64,000 nt of DNA from Zygnema circumcarinatum SAG 698-1b (lineage: Eukaryota; Plantae; Zygnematophyceae), in the NCBI GenBank assembly GCA_037447605.1, contig CM074822.1, forward strand, positions 1,387,492 to 1,451,491, read 5' to 3'. A program made the position numbers and the translations under genes. Below, piece after piece: positions 1 to 10,614 of the stretch (position 1 is its first letter; each line of letters begins with the position of its first letter). The notes under the pieces are model-generated. The model did no database searches. It saw only the letters and a program-made list of their open reading frames with translations, and was not told where the DNA came from.

Positions 1-831
1 GTAACAAGCTCCTTTGACCTTCTCCTTTGCAGCCGGCCTAGAAGGCCCCGCTCCACTGGCATCGTCCTTATTCGGCTCCGTGCAATTGGTCCTCAGGTGT
101 CCCAGCTTCCCACAATTGTAACAACTCAAGTTCTTCTTTGGGCCCGGGCCACCCTTGCCCGCCTTGGGTCTCCCATCTCCTTTGGGCTTATGCTGACTCC
201 ATCTGAGCGCCAGCACCTTGTCAGCTTCTCCCTTAGCCTCCTTCTCCTTCTGAGTCTCATCATCATCTTTCACCCTTCCCTTCAACTCGCTCACGGTTAG
301 TTTTGTAACGGTGAGTAATGATTTAAGGGAAACGACTGTTAGCTCAAATCTCTTCGGTAGACCCAACAGAAAGACACTGATCTGATGATCTTCGTCCAAT
401 GGCTTCCTAGCAATAGCAAACCTGTGCATCAAGCTATCGAACTTCTCCATATAATCAGTCAGTTCTTCATCTTCGGCCATTTTCAGCTTGCCTAGTTCTG
501 AATATAAGTGGACAGCAGTTGTCTCAGACGGCCTATCATACACCTGCTGCAAACTTGTCCATATTTCAGCACTAGTTTCTAGTTCTTGCAACGGAACTGA
601 CCGTGCATCACTCACGGTTATGGCAAAGAGGGCCTGAGCTTTCCTGTCCTTTCGGAGCCACTCCTTGGCTTCTGCACCGGAGGTTGGTCTCTCCTCCGAG
701 CCATCAACGACTCCAAAAAGGTCCTTGCTCAGCAGCACTTTCTTCATTCGCCACTTCCACGTCTTGTAGTTAGTGCCGGTAAACAACGGCACTCCAATCT
801 TCTGACTGTCTTCACCTTCTGCCCGGTCCAG
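1..831 (-). CDS. Ty1/Copia Gag (N-terminal part, runs off the window start)
   Basis: Stop-free minus frame: ...VPLFTGTNYKTWKWRMKKVLLSKDLFGVVDG...LYSELGKLKMAEDEELTDYMEKFDSL...SCYNCGKLGHLRTNC (CX2CX4HX4C knuckle). It lies directly after a PBS. The first candidate start codon is CTG (831-829), not ATG. Confidence 0.85.
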   Translation of the reverse strand, partial: MDRAEGEDSQKIGVPLFTGTNYKTWKWRMKKVLLSKDLFGVVDGSEERPTSGAEAKEWLRKDRKAQALFAITVSDARSVPLQELETSAEIWTSLQQVYDRPSETTAVHLYSELGKLKMAEDEELTDYMEKFDSLMHRFAIARKPLDEDHQISVFLLGLPKRFELTVVSLKSLLTVTKLTVSELKGRVKDDDETQKEKEAKGEADKVLALRWSQHKPKGDGRPKAGKGGPGPKKNLSCYNCGKLGHLRTNCTEPNKDDASGAGPSRPAAKEKVKGACY

Positions 832-832
832 C

Positions 833-844
833 GCTCTGATACCA
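833..844 (-). promoter_or_regulatory. Primer-binding site (tRNA-iMet 3' end), TGGTATCAGAGC
   Basis: Plus strand reads gctctgatacca, 2 nt from the LTR edge. Confidence 0.9.
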
Positions 845-846
845 CT

Positions 847-1929
847 TGTTGAAACGGTGCCCCCTGACCTGCTGGAGGATGCCTCTGATGAGGACATCTC
901 TCCACGCCTAGGACTAGGAGACGCCACCTTTGCGGAAGCACAAGATCTCACTCACAAAGCTTAAAACAGCCCCAAGCAAAGAATGAAAGACAGAACAGAA
1001 AGAAATGAATTAAGAGAAAGCACAACGGCCTAAAACTCTTAAATTCAGATTGAAGTACAAGCGTGCAGCAAGAGCCCCTCCCCTGCACCTCTACTCCACT
1101 ACAAGACTACCACCCTCAAGCTGTGAGGCTCCACCACATTCCGGCAAGCTACACCTACTGCTTCTCGCAGTCTACACTCAGGGTTCAGTCTCAAATTTCT
1201 CCCTCTTAACTTATACTTCGCCCAAAGCAACAACCATGGGCGACTACTAACCCCGCACTAGCACACACTAAGAGCGCACTAGCACACACTCAGCGCTGAT
1301 TTCGCCACGCGTCTGCGCCTGCACGTCTGTCACGTCACGCGCCTTCGTTTCGCGCCTGTCACGTCACACGCCTTTAGTTGCGCGCCGCGCCACGTCACGC
1401 GCCCTTAGTTGCGCGCCGCGCCACGTCACGTCACTGCGCTCCATTTCGAACTCCGTGCCACACAGCCGGTCGTTCACATTCGGTACGGACTCTTGTTCCG
1501 ACGGCCTCCCGTGACTCGCGCCTCAGGTGTCTCATGTACACCTCTGAACTCCTAGCTTGATGATAGCTCGACCCTAGCTCTACCGCCTAGCCCTTCTAGA
1601 CTCCAAACAAACACATGCACTCATTAACTATGTACCACCAACTAATGTACACTAACACACTCTCCGTCACGTCACGCCACTGCGCGCCTTGCAAGCCAAT
1701 AATTTTTCGGCAAAAGGAACTCCGCGAGTTTTCTGGAGCTCCCTGTCCGTACAATTGCGTACATCTCCGAGCGCCACGTATTGCGACCAATCACAGCGCT
1801 CCTCGCCAATGCAGCAGCCAATCAGAATGCGTCACATGCTCCTCCCAATGTGCAGATCCTAGACTAGCATGCGAACTAGACTCTGAAACAACTACATGCT
1901 CTTCATGAACTATGTACCACTCACTAACA
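847..1929 (-). mobile_element. 5' LTR of the Copia element
   Basis: Begins tgttgaaac next to the PBS and ends ...actaaca (TG...CA). Contains internal cacgtcacgc repeats and a duplicated aactatgtaccac block. The outer edge could instead be ~1657. Confidence 0.6.
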
Positions 1930-2677
1930 TCTCTTTCACTATCATCCAGCCTCTTCTATCTTTTTCTGAATTTCCCCAAATTCCCATCTCTCTCTCCCTC
2001 TCCCCTTCCCTTTCTTTTTCCATTTTTTCTCTTCCCAATCTCTACTTAAATATTCTCCCTCTCTTTTTGTTGTATGTCTTGGCAGCCTCCCTATCTCCCT
2101 CGTTTTCCCTTCCCTCCTTACCTCTCTCTTTGTGTCTCTCTCTCTCCTCTCTCTCTCTATCTCTGCCTCCCTCATTTTTCACTTTCACTATCATCCAGCC
2201 TCTTCTAATTTTTTCTGAATTTCCCCAAATTCCCACATCCTCTCCCTCTCCCCTTCCCATTCTTTTTCCATTTTTTCTCTTCCCAGTCTCTACTTAAAAT
2301 TTCTCCCTCTCTTTTTGTTGTGTGTTTTGGCAGCCTCCCTCCCTCCCTCTTTCTCTTCCCTCTTTTTCCCTTCCCTCTTTATCTCTCTCTATCTTTGTTT
2401 CTCTCTCTCTTCTCTCTCTTTCTCTCTCCTTTCCTCATTTCTCTCTTTCACTATCATCCAACCCAGTTTTTTTTTTTAAATTTCCCCAAATTCCCAGCTC
2501 TCTCTCCCTTTCCCCTACCCTTTCTTTCCATTTTTTCTTTTCCCATACTCTACATCAAATTTCTCCCACCCTTTTTTATGTGTGTTTTGGAAACCTCCCT
2601 CCCTCCCTCCCTCTTTCTCCTCCTCCTTTTCCCTTCCCTCCTTACCTCTCTCTCGTTGTGTCTCTCTCTCTCTCTCT
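1930..2677. repeat. CT-rich low-complexity tract with three ~250-bp degenerate units
   Basis: The word aatttccccaaattccca recurs at ~1969, ~2218 and ~2479. A 100-N gap follows (2678-2777). Confidence 0.8.
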
Positions 2678-2777
2678 NNNNNNNNNNNNNNNNNNNNNNN
2701 NNNNNNNNNNNNNNNNNNNNNNNNNNNNNNNNNNNNNNNNNNNNNNNNNNNNNNNNNNNNNNNNNNNNNNNNNNNNN

Positions 2778-3207
2778 ATGCACCACCTTGCTAAGCCGGC
2801 TCATTACTGGAAGATATGATTTCGAGCTCATGACCCCGAGATGTCATAGGGAGATCTGTGATCAAGTCCATACCCACACTGTCCCATTTTCGGAAGGGAG
2901 GTGTGAGGGGTTGCAGCTGGCCAGGAATCCTGCCAGTGCGGGGTTTGTTTCGTTGACAGGTTGGACAAGCGAGTACATACGCTTTCACGTCCCTCGAGAG
3001 TCCAGGCCACCAGAACTCCCGGAGCAATGCCTCACGAGTTTTGGCAACTCCCATGTGACCCCTGTACGGAGGATCATGTAGCTCACTCAGAATGAGCTGC
3101 CGTACAGTGCCGGCCTTGGGCACGACCAACTGCTGGCCGTGGTACCAAAATCCGTCCTTAGGCACCACTTTGTCCTTATAGCCATTACCTTGGCCATCCA
3201 AGAACAA
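2778..3207 (-). pseudogene. Gypsy integrase (zinc-binding region and start of core), frameshifted
   Basis: HDPPYRGHMGVAKT...WWPGL...CPTCQRNK...WDSVGMDLITDLP, then VMSRLSKVVH in another frame up to the gap. Confidence 0.88.
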
Positions 3208-3641
3208 AGGATCACCAGCATACCCCTCCNNNNNNNNNNGAACAAAGGATCACCAGTATACCCCTCCTGAATCATCCGTCTGAGATCAGAGAGAGCAGGA
3301 GGGTCGACTGCGTCACTGGTGGAGGGATCTATGACAAAGCATACTGGAGACGGAGACTCGGGGTTGGCCGGCCCCTCACCTCTGTCATCTCGTTCCACCA
3401 ACACTCGAGTCGACGAGCGCACCATCCAGGCAAGATGCCGAGGCTGCCTGCTCAGTGGGTCTGCTACATTCAGCCTTCCGGGCCGATAAACCCACTGGCA
3501 GTCAAACCTTTGGAGGAACTCAGACCAGCGTGCCTGCCGCCTAGACAGGGTCTGTTGGGTTGAGAGGAACGTCAGCGGGCGGTGGTCAGTGACCAGCGTG
3601 ACCGCTTTCGCCCCCTCTAAATAGCACCGCCATGTCCTCAA
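3087..3641 (-). pseudogene. Gypsy RNase H C-terminal half and linker
   Basis: WRCYLEG...TDHRPL...QARWSEFLQRFD...PGRLNVADPLSR. Frameshifted relative to the upstream pol ORF. Confidence 0.88.
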
Positions 3642-3649
3642 GGCGTGGA

Positions 3650-5791
3650 CTACTGCAAGCAGTTCCTGTTCTGTTGCAGAATAGTTGCGTTAGCGGGATT
3701 CATTTTGCGGCTTTCATAAGCCAAAGGCTGACCATCTTGGAACAAGACGGCACCCAAGGCGAATCCCGAGGCGTCACAAACCACCTCATAAGGCTTGGAC
3801 GGGTCCGCTAAACGAAGAGTGGGTGCGGTAACAAGTGCATGGCGTACGCCCTTGAATGCTTCCTGACATTCAGGGGTCCATGCGAAGGGGACACCGGAAC
3901 GTGTCAAATTAGTCAAGGGGGTAACCAGCTTGCTAAACCCTTGGATGAATTTACGAAAATAATTCGCAAATCCCAAGAACGATCGCAACTGATGTAAATC
4001 AGTCGGTGCTGCCCAAGTCTCTACCGCAGACACTTTGGCAGGGTCTGGCCGAAGGCCCTGATCGTTGAGAATATGCCCAAGATAAAGCAACTCACGTTGC
4101 ATGAAGTGACACTTCTTCCTCTTGGTATAAAACCGGTTTTTCCTCAGGACCTCAAACACTCTCCGAACGTGTTCAAGATGCTCTTCCTCTGTCTTACTGA
4201 AGACAAGGATGTCATCGAGGTAAACCAAAACAAATTCATCCATGCCGATGAACATTTCGTTCATCACCGCCTGGAAAGTGGCCGGAGCATTAGTCAATCC
4301 GAAGGGCAACACCTTATACTGGAAATGACCAATCGGCGTCCGGAACGCAGTCTTTGGCACATCAGCTTCCGTTACACGGATCTGATGATACCCCTGGGCA
4401 AGATCAAGTGATGTAAACACCTTGGCACCGTGAAGACGATCCAAAAGATCATCAATACGTGGTAAAGCAAAACGGTTCTTTACGGTGATCTTGTTGAGTG
4501 CGCGATAATCAATGCACATCCTCAACGAGCCATCTTTCTTGCCAACGAACAAGATGGGCGCCCCAAATGGGCTTTGGCAGGGCTCTATCCAGCCCTTGTC
4601 CCGTAAATTTGCCAATTGCTTACGCATCTCATCGGTTTCCTTAGGGCTTAACCGATAGATTGGCCGCCAAGGCGGCTTTTGCTCAGGCTCAAGAGGGATC
4701 GTGTGCCCCACTCCTCGAGATGGTGGCAACCCTCTTGGAAGGTCATCAGGGAAAACATCCCTGAACTCATCCAACAAAGGTTGGATTCTGGTTGGAACAG
4801 CCGAGAGCACGTCCGTAGATATGATCTGCCATTCCTGATCTTCGTCATGAACATCCTCAGTGGCTGTCATGACATACACCATAAATAAGGTGCAGCCCTC
4901 CTTAACTGCCTTGGCCAATTGCATGGCCGAGCAAAGATAAGGAGCATCAACCTGCGTGGTAGCAGTGGTGGTGGGTTTGCCAGGGTGCAGTGTGATGCGC
5001 CTACCACCACTGTGCAAAATGCAATGTGGGATAGAAAAATCCAATTTGGCTTTGACCATGGTCAACCAAGCACTCCCCAGAATAAGATCCGTACCAGGGG
5101 CTAGCTGTGTTAAAAGACACTTCACTGCCCCGGAGTAGGATTGGAGCTTGATCTTGAGTGGGACGCTGCCAAAGATCTGGCCCTTGCGTCCATCCCCGAA
5201 AGTAACACTTTCTGAATGGGGGTCCATGGTCAATGCAAATCTCTGGGTAAATGCAGAACTAACAAAGTTAGCATCGGCCCCAGTGTCTAGCAGGATAACT
5301 GCTGGGTGGCCATTGGCTGACCCTTGGAAAGTCATGGCACGATGGGCAAGATGGAACATAGATCGCACTATATGCGAGGGATGAGGACGAGCCGTCCTCC
5401 ACACCAAGGTGTAGGGGGATCCAACCAGCGAACTGGTGGACCCTTCCATCGTTTGCACCAGCTTGTGCCCTTTCCTCAACTGTTTCACCAACCGCCAAGC
5501 GGCGTTGGGAAAAGTGCGAACTGCCATGTGCTGAGGAACCAGCACATGCAGCTCGAGGATGTGGGATGTATTCCTCATGATATGCAAGGCATCCATGGTA
5601 CATTCCAACAGGACATCATCGCCCATTACATTGAGGATAAAGACATTCCATTCACCATTCATCACTACATCTGTAAACCCAGGAGGAGTCACTACAGTGG
5701 CAGGGGCAAGAGAAATGGAGTCCGGAAGCGCATTACACACAAACAAGTCATGCACTCCCAAAGGTCTGCCCATCCATTGCACAATATCCAA
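3650..5791 (-). CDS. Gypsy Pol: extra N-terminal domain, aspartic protease, reverse transcriptase, start of RNase H
   Basis: ILLDTGADANF (protease); SPFGAPILFVGKKDGSLRMCIDYRALNK and VYLDDILVFS (RT); VVCDASGFALGAVL (RNase H). Confidence 0.95.
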   Translation of the reverse strand: MDIVQWMGRPLGVHDLFVCNALPDSISLAPATVVTPPGFTDVVMNGEWNVFILNVMGDDVLLECTMDALHIMRNTSHILELHVLVPQHMAVRTFPNAAWRLVKQLRKGHKLVQTMEGSTSSLVGSPYTLVWRTARPHPSHIVRSMFHLAHRAMTFQGSANGHPAVILLDTGADANFVSSAFTQRFALTMDPHSESVTFGDGRKGQIFGSVPLKIKLQSYSGAVKCLLTQLAPGTDLILGSAWLTMVKAKLDFSIPHCILHSGGRRITLHPGKPTTTATTQVDAPYLCSAMQLAKAVKEGCTLFMVYVMTATEDVHDEDQEWQIISTDVLSAVPTRIQPLLDEFRDVFPDDLPRGLPPSRGVGHTIPLEPEQKPPWRPIYRLSPKETDEMRKQLANLRDKGWIEPCQSPFGAPILFVGKKDGSLRMCIDYRALNKITVKNRFALPRIDDLLDRLHGAKVFTSLDLAQGYHQIRVTEADVPKTAFRTPIGHFQYKVLPFGLTNAPATFQAVMNEMFIGMDEFVLVYLDDILVFSKTEEEHLEHVRRVFEVLRKNRFYTKRKKCHFMQRELLYLGHILNDQGLRPDPAKVSAVETWAAPTDLHQLRSFLGFANYFRKFIQGFSKLVTPLTNLTRSGVPFAWTPECQEAFKGVRHALVTAPTLRLADPSKPYEVVCDASGFALGAVLFQDGQPLAYESRKMNPANATILQQNRNCLQ

Positions 5792-5876
5792 GGTCTAAAA
5801 AACATCAATTTCCTAATTTTGATGGCAGCCACTCCTCCCCTAGCCCCTAGCCTGTGCTCTCCACCAACAACGACTC

Positions 5877-7300
5877 CTAAGCTGCTGGTGGGTTGGGGTT
5901 TTCCGGCCCCTTGCCCTTCTTCTCCTTCAGGGTGAGGGGGCAATTTCGAGACTTATGCCCCTCTTTCCGGCAACGGAAACACGAAATTCTCCCGCTGCAC
6001 GCGCCCATTTCGAGTCAGCTTCTCGCGTCGTGTGCGTGAGTCGGTTTTAGCAGTCTCCTCGGATGCTTTCGCTATTCTTTCCTCACGGGTTTGGCGTGAG
6101 CGTAGGTCCGGCCGCCACCTACCTCGGGCCACTTCCGACCTTGCCGAGGCCGGGAGGGTCCCCGCGACGCCCGCGTGGGCGGTGTCTAGCTGAATCACGC
6201 ATCAAAGTACGTACCAGAGTCAAGCAGGTCCCACGGGTTTCGCAGAGTCCTGCGGGTTGGTCCCAATGCTTCCTCGTGTGTGTGGCTTGAGGCCATTCCC
6301 CGGCGTGGTGTAGGGGAAAAACTCCCAGCTCGGCTCCTGTGCTGGGTGGTGGATTCTCGAGGTACCACTTCCTTGGTCACGGCCCCGCGGTAAACCGGCT
6401 TTGACACTGCCGTTTGGACCATATTCTGGAACTTATCCCGGGCCTCCAACCCAGGATCCAAGGCCCCAAAGTGTTTGATAAGTTCATCTCTGAACTTATC
6501 CCAATCGTCCCCAATCTCATCAGAGAGGCCCTCATACACACGGTATGCGGCTCCTCTGAGTGCTGGGTAAGCAAAGCTTACCCACTGGAGGGGGGGACAG
6601 TTGGTCGCAAGAAGGTAACCCTTCGTTTGACACAACCACTGCTCAATCGAGCAGTCCGTGGTAGGATGTTCGCCCCAAAAGGATAGAGGGGCCACTTTGG
6701 CCCCATTCGCTGGTATCCTTTCAGTGGTTATGGAGGAGCAGTCCGAGGACCGAGATCTCCTCCCACGCCACGCCTCTCGATGGGGTCCTGCGGTTCGCCA
6801 CCCCCGTGAGGGTGACCCCCGCTGACTCAACAGGAGCTTGCCGGCTGCTGCCAAGAGTCGCAGTTGGGGCGCCTATTTACCATGCTACCGCTAGTTGGTG
6901 TGTCGCACCCCTCCCCGTGACCTGGCCGCATCCACTTACAGCCCCGAGGGGGTTCGGGCATACCTTCGATGACTCGGAGCCTCTCCGCCAGGCTCCTGAA
7001 CTCCATCTGGAGCGTATCCACCAGCCGGCGGACCGTTAGCTCCATATCATCCACCTTCCGTGAGCAAACCATGGTGGAGGCGTTATTCCGTGTCACATCC
7101 TTCCCTAGATCGTCGATCTTCGCCCTCATCTTGAGGGCCGCGCCCACCGTGATGTGGGCCCCGATCATGGGATCGGACCCAGCCATAGCCGCTACCGGAG
7201 CCGATGGCTCCGGTTGGGGAGGGGGAGGAGTGACATTCTCCGGGTGACCNNNNNNNNNNGGCGCACGAGCCGCTAAGTTGGGAACTGTACGGTCGCGCAA
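5877..7300 (-). pseudogene. Gypsy Gag, frameshifted, with C-terminal CCHC knuckle
   Basis: IEQWLCQTKGYL...WDKFRDELIKHFG...EARDKFQNMVQT. After frameshifts it reads SCFRCRKEGHKSRNC, then a TAG at 5879-5877. Confidence 0.75.
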
Positions 7301-8404
7301 ACCCGCCTACCTTCGGCGGAATAGCGACTCAGGCGCGACGGCCGCGGAGGGGACTTCAGCCCGAAAAGCTCCACGGGCCGCAAGAGGGGACTATCGACGG
7401 CGAAGCGTCGCACGTCCCCTACTGCCGGAAGCATGGCCCTTGCACGCCGGCAGAGGTGACCGGGTCACCTGCTGCCGCGACTACATAACTGCTCAGCTGC
7501 GCTGAACCAACTAACTTCCAATCTCACACTAGGGGTAGTGTGCAGCGAGGTGGAACGTTCAACCTCATATCACATGCCAATGGGGGCGTGTAGCGAGCTG
7601 AGGCCGAGCCTGTAGTTAAGGAGAGGAATAGTGCTGCTAGTCTTGGGAAATAGAAAGTGGGGTAGTGCAAGCTGCATTAAGCGGCCTGGGCTGCTTGAAT
7701 CTGTTGTACTTCACCTCCATAAGAAATCAGAGTTTTATGCCCGGTGGGGCTTTCTCTACCTTTGTGTTCTAGTCATACATCTGTCTTGAGCTTTCCCTTC
7801 GTGAACGGCTGCTGCAAAGATGTCTATGACTCAGGAACCGAGTGGAGGCGACTTTGTCGAAGGTGGTTCCACGATGGAATTACCAACAAGTACAACATTT
7901 CTTGGCCTCGCCATAGTGAGAGCAATGCCACATCCTTTGCCTGATGCTTGCATTACTGTGAGGCGCAATGACTGGAATTGAATGTGTTTCCCATGCTCAT
8001 GTTGTCATGTTCAACATTTGTTGGCATCATCGCCATAGTGAGAGCAATGCCGCATTCCCTTCCCTCGTGCATCCCCCTCAACCATCCGTACATTCAATCC
8101 CAGGAGCGCTCTTTTTGACCGAGGCTCGATTGAAGGTACAGTAGCCACCCTTATTATTTTCGCCATGGTTTCGGCAAATATTGGCAAAAATCTTGGAATT
8201 TGCAAATATAAGGAAGTTCGTGTTAACAATAGGCAGGCGGAATGATGTTAGTGTCCGGTCTGCGGCCGTACTGTTTCTCTTTGTACAGAGGCGCATGGCC
8301 GCTTGGCGGGCCTTGTCGCGAGCTCCAATTGGTGGCATACATTTAACTACACGAGCTCTTATTGGTGCCGTACATATTCCAAACGATTTTAGATAGTTTT
8401 ATTT

Positions 8405-9983
8405 GGAAAATTCTATTCTCACACCTTTTTTTTCTACACACAGACCTCTTTTCGCCGGGTAGGTTCTATTTGAGAAAAATAAAGGATTATGGACGAAAAG
8501 TTATTTTTTCGCACCCTTTTTGTCTATACACGCTCCTTTTTCCGTCGGGCAGAGTTTATTGTAGAAAAAAAAGGTTTTGAAACCATAAAAACGCGTCTGC
8601 CCCACCGCGCACCCCCTGCGCAATGCAACAGGATATGGAGTTTGCTACGCGGCAGGAGGTGATGGAAGCAAGCATTGCGCCTTCAGTCTCGCGTTAATGA
8701 GGTATGCTTGGGCACAAACAATCCTACCTCCATGCGGTCATATGAAGTTTCTTGTGATTGGGTCTACTGTGGTTTACTTAGGATTGCCAAAGTCTTTCTG
8801 TTATTTCTGATGATAAAATGCAGACTTGTGAACAAGGTAATAATTATGCAGTTTGTACCAAGTGATGTGATCTTTTAAGCTTTCACTCTTTAGGTGCGTG
8901 AATTCCTTTTCATTCTGTCAATTGTGAAACACATGCAGGCCGTCTGTCTCTTCGGTGTGCCTCTTATTGCCATCTAGTGTGGTTGTTTTTCTTGTTCAGG
9001 TGAAATACTAGCATTACAAGGAGAAATGCAGGAGGAGAAAATACGAGTTTGAAGGAGAAAGGAGTTTATGTCACAACTGTTGTTTAAAAATATGACTCCG
9101 TATACCTGCCTAGGCCTTATGCACGGCTTCAACGGAGGGAGCTATGGCCATGCCAGATAAATTTCCCATAGGGAATGTCTATACAGAGGGCTCGTACCTT
9201 GTTTCCATTTAGTGTAGAATTATTTTTTTTGTTTTAATGGAGAGAAAAGGAGGGCCAGCGAGGAAAGTCTAATTCTTTTTCAAGTCTAGAAGCAGATGGG
9301 AGAAGATGAGAGCCACAAGGGCAATTGTTTTGCTCTCTAAGGAGGAGAACCTTTTTGTGTGGAATAACAGTCGAATAATAGGTGATTTGAATGAAGAAGC
9401 TTGTGTACTTGGATGAAAGCCACCTTGAGCTAGCCTGTTTGATGTGGGAAGAGTTTGCAAGCAAGTAACGTTTACTTACCATTGAAACAATGAAAACATG
9501 CTAAAATTTGTACTTTTTCTTTTTTTATTTCATTGAAATCGATCACCGAGCAGTGTATACGTTATTTAAGATCGAGTCTTGTAGTGGGTCAAAGAGACGA
9601 AGAGGATCAAAGTGGTTGCAAAGTTAAACAACATCCCTCAATGCCACAATGTCTGATGATTGTCCGAATGTCTCTGGCAATGCTTGTGGCATTATAATGC
9701 GTTATTAGAGTTTCAAAACCTGTTTTTTCTAAAATAAAATCTGTCCGACGGAAAAAGGAGCGTGTATAGACAAAAAAGGTGCGAATAAATCATTTTTCTA
9801 ATGCGTTATTAGGGTTTCAAAAAAACCATTTTTTTCTGCCCGACGGAAAAAGGAGCGTGTTTAGACAAAAAAGGTGCGAAAAAATCACTTTTCGTTCATA
9901 ATCCTTTTTTTTTCTCCAATAGAACCTGCCCGGCGAAAAGAGGTCTGTGTGTAGACAAAAAAGGTGTGAGAATAGAATTTTCC
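8405..9983. mobile_element. Non-autonomous DNA element with ~180-bp terminal inverted repeats (GGAAAA...TTTTCC ends)
   Basis: 8405-~8580 (ggaaaattctattctcacacc...cacagacctcttttcgccggg) is the reverse complement of ~9810-9983. Part of the right arm is tandemly duplicated (~9740 and ~9835). No TSD or ORF found. Confidence 0.7.
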
Positions 9984-10582
9984 TTATGACAACCGCTCGC
10001 AGCCCCGCGCGGGCGCGAGCGACCGTCGATTTTCCGCGATCGCGGAACCGCAGTCCCTTACGCCCCCGCCTGCCGTACGCTCCGCAGCCCCGCGAGGCCC
10101 CGCCGCCGGATCGGCGCAGCTCCGGAGGCCTGGGTGGTACGGACGATGAATCACCCGGGCAGGGGGTGTTTTTTTTTTTCTGGGGGCTTTTTTTTTTTCG
10201 GTGCATTATTTTTTTTGAACTTTTTTTTTCTGGGTTTTTTTTTTACTTTTTTTTTGTTTTTTTAGAGCACCGCGGCGACCCCGCTACACAGAGACAGTGT
10301 CCAGGCACCGCCGCCCGCCGACTACTCGCGGCTAAGTTTGCAAAACCACGAGGACCACTCCCTCTCCAAGCGGCGACATCGCCGTTGCGTTTCTCGTAAC
10401 GCAATAGCGGACGGGGGGCGGCGGCCATGGAAACGTAAAATGCGATACGATACGATACGATATTTGCGCCTTTGACGATACGGACTGACTCTCCTCCGCT
10501 AAGGGATGCGTCCTCGTGGTTTCTTTCTGCTCTTCTCCTGAATGCCCTCCCCCCTCGCCGTCCGCCATAGCCCGAGCAAGGG

Positions 10583-10614
<32 letters not shown>

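Larger units (their letters stand above)
2778..7779 (-). mobile_element. Decayed Ty3/Gypsy LTR retrotransposon (gag-[extra domain]-PR-RT-RH-INT), 3' end lost in the gap
   Basis: Domain order is Gypsy-type, with several frameshifts. A candidate short 5' LTR lies at 7589-7779 (tgtagcg...cataca). Confidence 0.9.
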
